From: a virus
DNA: 45,706 nucleotides
Direction: 5' to 3' (one strand)
Virus genome (UHGV): UHGV-1374573
Shown here: positions 45,047-45,706 of the stretch, piece by piece
How positions within the stretch are numbered: position 1 is the stretch's first letter
Layout: every line of letters begins with the position of its first letter
Translations under genes and position numbers: made by a program
Notes under the pieces: model-generated
What the model was told of the DNA's origin: nothing
The model's database searches: none
What the model saw: the letters and a program-made list of their open reading frames with translations, nothing else

Positions 45047-45706
45047 TTATGAGTCCGGGACATAAAGTTCTTGGATAAGTGAAAAAAAGACAATTTCTAT
45101 TGAAATAATATAGAAATTGTCTTTTTTATAAATTTTTTGATTATTTTCAGCTCGTTGAGCTACTACTTTTCTTATATTAAGTGCCATTAATACAAAACCA
45201 AGTTCTCTTTTGACTTTATTGAGTCCTCGGACAGACATCCGAGTGAAACCCAAAATAGCCTTCATAAATCCAAAAACAGGTTCCACATCAATTTTTCTTT
45301 GACTGTAGATATTTTTTGTTTCTGGTTCTGAAAGCTTTTTGTTAATTTGGGATTTAAAATATTCCCAGTTATAATTCTTCATTATTTTTTTGTTTGTTTT
45401 TGAATTGAAGTTCATACATTGATTTTTCAGAGGACATTCTGAACAATCATCACATTCATATAATTTGAAGTCTCGCTTATAACCATACTTATCATGACGA
45501 TAGGCATATCTTTTAAAACCTAGCCGTTTATTATTCGGACAAATGAATTCGTCATTAATTTCGTCATAGTTCCAATTTTGAGTATTAAAGATGTCACTTT
45601 TATATTTTTTAGTTTTATCTTTTATAAACATTCCATATGTTATGAGTGGCGTTCGATTAAAGTCATCTATAATTGCCTTATAATTTGATTCACTACCATA
45701 ACCTGC
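45047..45706 (-). CDS. IS1182-family DDE transposase, C-terminal 219 codons. The 5' part of this gene is at window positions 1011..1
   Basis: rc translation from 45706: AGYGSESNYKAIIDDFNRTPLITYGMFIKDK ... EPVFGFMKAILGFTRMSVRGLNKVKRELGFVLMALNIRKVVAQR ... LYVPDS*. It is in frame with the ORF ending at position 1. Confidence 0.8.
   Translation of the reverse strand, partial: AGYGSESNYKAIIDDFNRTPLITYGMFIKDKTKKYKSDIFNTQNWNYDEINDEFICPNNKRLGFKRYAYRHDKYGYKRDFKLYECDDCSECPLKNQCMNFNSKTNKKIMKNYNWEYFKSQINKKLSEPETKNIYSQRKIDVEPVFGFMKAILGFTRMSVRGLNKVKRELGFVLMALNIRKVVAQRAENNQKIYKKDNFYIISIEIVFFSLIQELYVPDS
45047..45706 (-). mobile_element. IS1182-family insertion sequence, part 2 (3' third of tnp plus a terminal IR at 45051-45066). 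The whole element is about 1.94 kb and wraps across the window ends
   Basis: IR GAGTCCGGGACATAAA overlaps the tnp stop. It pairs with the IR at 1266-1281. Confidence 0.7.

Noticed and set aside
1-45706. Two separate IS copies flanking a linear prophage, as an alternative to circularity
   Set aside because: This would require the window to cut two independent copies at exactly complementary, in-frame positions, and would put int and cI at opposite prophage ends in a non-canonical order. The circular reading restores the canonical cI-lipoprotein-int arrangement.
1-45706. CRISPR arrays, tRNA/tmRNA genes and toxin or virulence cargo (PVL, sak/scn/chp, eta, enterotoxins)
   Set aside because: No spacer-repeat periodicity and no cloverleaf-like sequences were seen. 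The region between the endolysin and int contains only attP-like repeats and no ORF.

Overview
The window reads as a complete, circularly permuted temperate Staphylococcus-type siphovirus genome of about 43.8 kb, plus one IS1182-family insertion sequence of about 1.94 kb. The evidence for circularity is that the window start (1..1011, minus strand) and the window end (45047..45706, minus strand) are two halves of a single DDE transposase gene. These halves join in frame across the boundary (...EYIVAD|AGYGSE...), and near-identical terminal inverted repeats lie at 45051-45066 and 1266-1281. The IS therefore sits between a prophage lipoprotein gene and the integrase gene, 38 bp upstream of the int start codon.

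Gene order by coordinate:
- Lysogeny end: int (+), then an attP-like region with arm-type direct repeats.
- Lysis: CHAP-Amidase_3-SH3b endolysin and holin (-).
- Tail and baseplate: the virion-associated hydrolase (CHAP + glucosaminidase), whose gene is split by a 983-nt group I intron carrying an HNH homing endonuclease; an XhlA-like/membrane/XkdX-like cluster; a BppU-type receptor-binding protein; an 888-aa beta-helix protein; Tal with a C-terminal SGNH esterase domain; Dit; tape measure protein; the G/GT tail chaperones with a -1 frameshift at T_TTT_TTC; and the major tail protein.
- Head-tail joining: an HK97-gp10-like gene split by a second group I intron of about 1015 nt with a paralogous HNH endonuclease gene.
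- Head and packaging: connector proteins, a Rho_N-domain protein, major capsid, scaffold, head morphogenesis protein, portal, TerL and TerS.
- A 450-bp structured non-coding gap, then RinA.
- Early accessory genes: small membrane proteins, MazG, an SNase-like nuclease and a free-standing HNH endonuclease.
- Replication and recombination: DUF1064, DnaB helicase, DnaD-like organiser, an HNH-motif protein, SSB and ERF recombinase.
- Immunity: antirepressor, Cro, a three-operator immunity region, cI (+) and the lipoprotein (+).

I found no tRNA, rRNA, CRISPR array or recognisable toxin/virulence cargo. I made all calls by reading the six-frame translations and the DNA itself; no database searches were possible.
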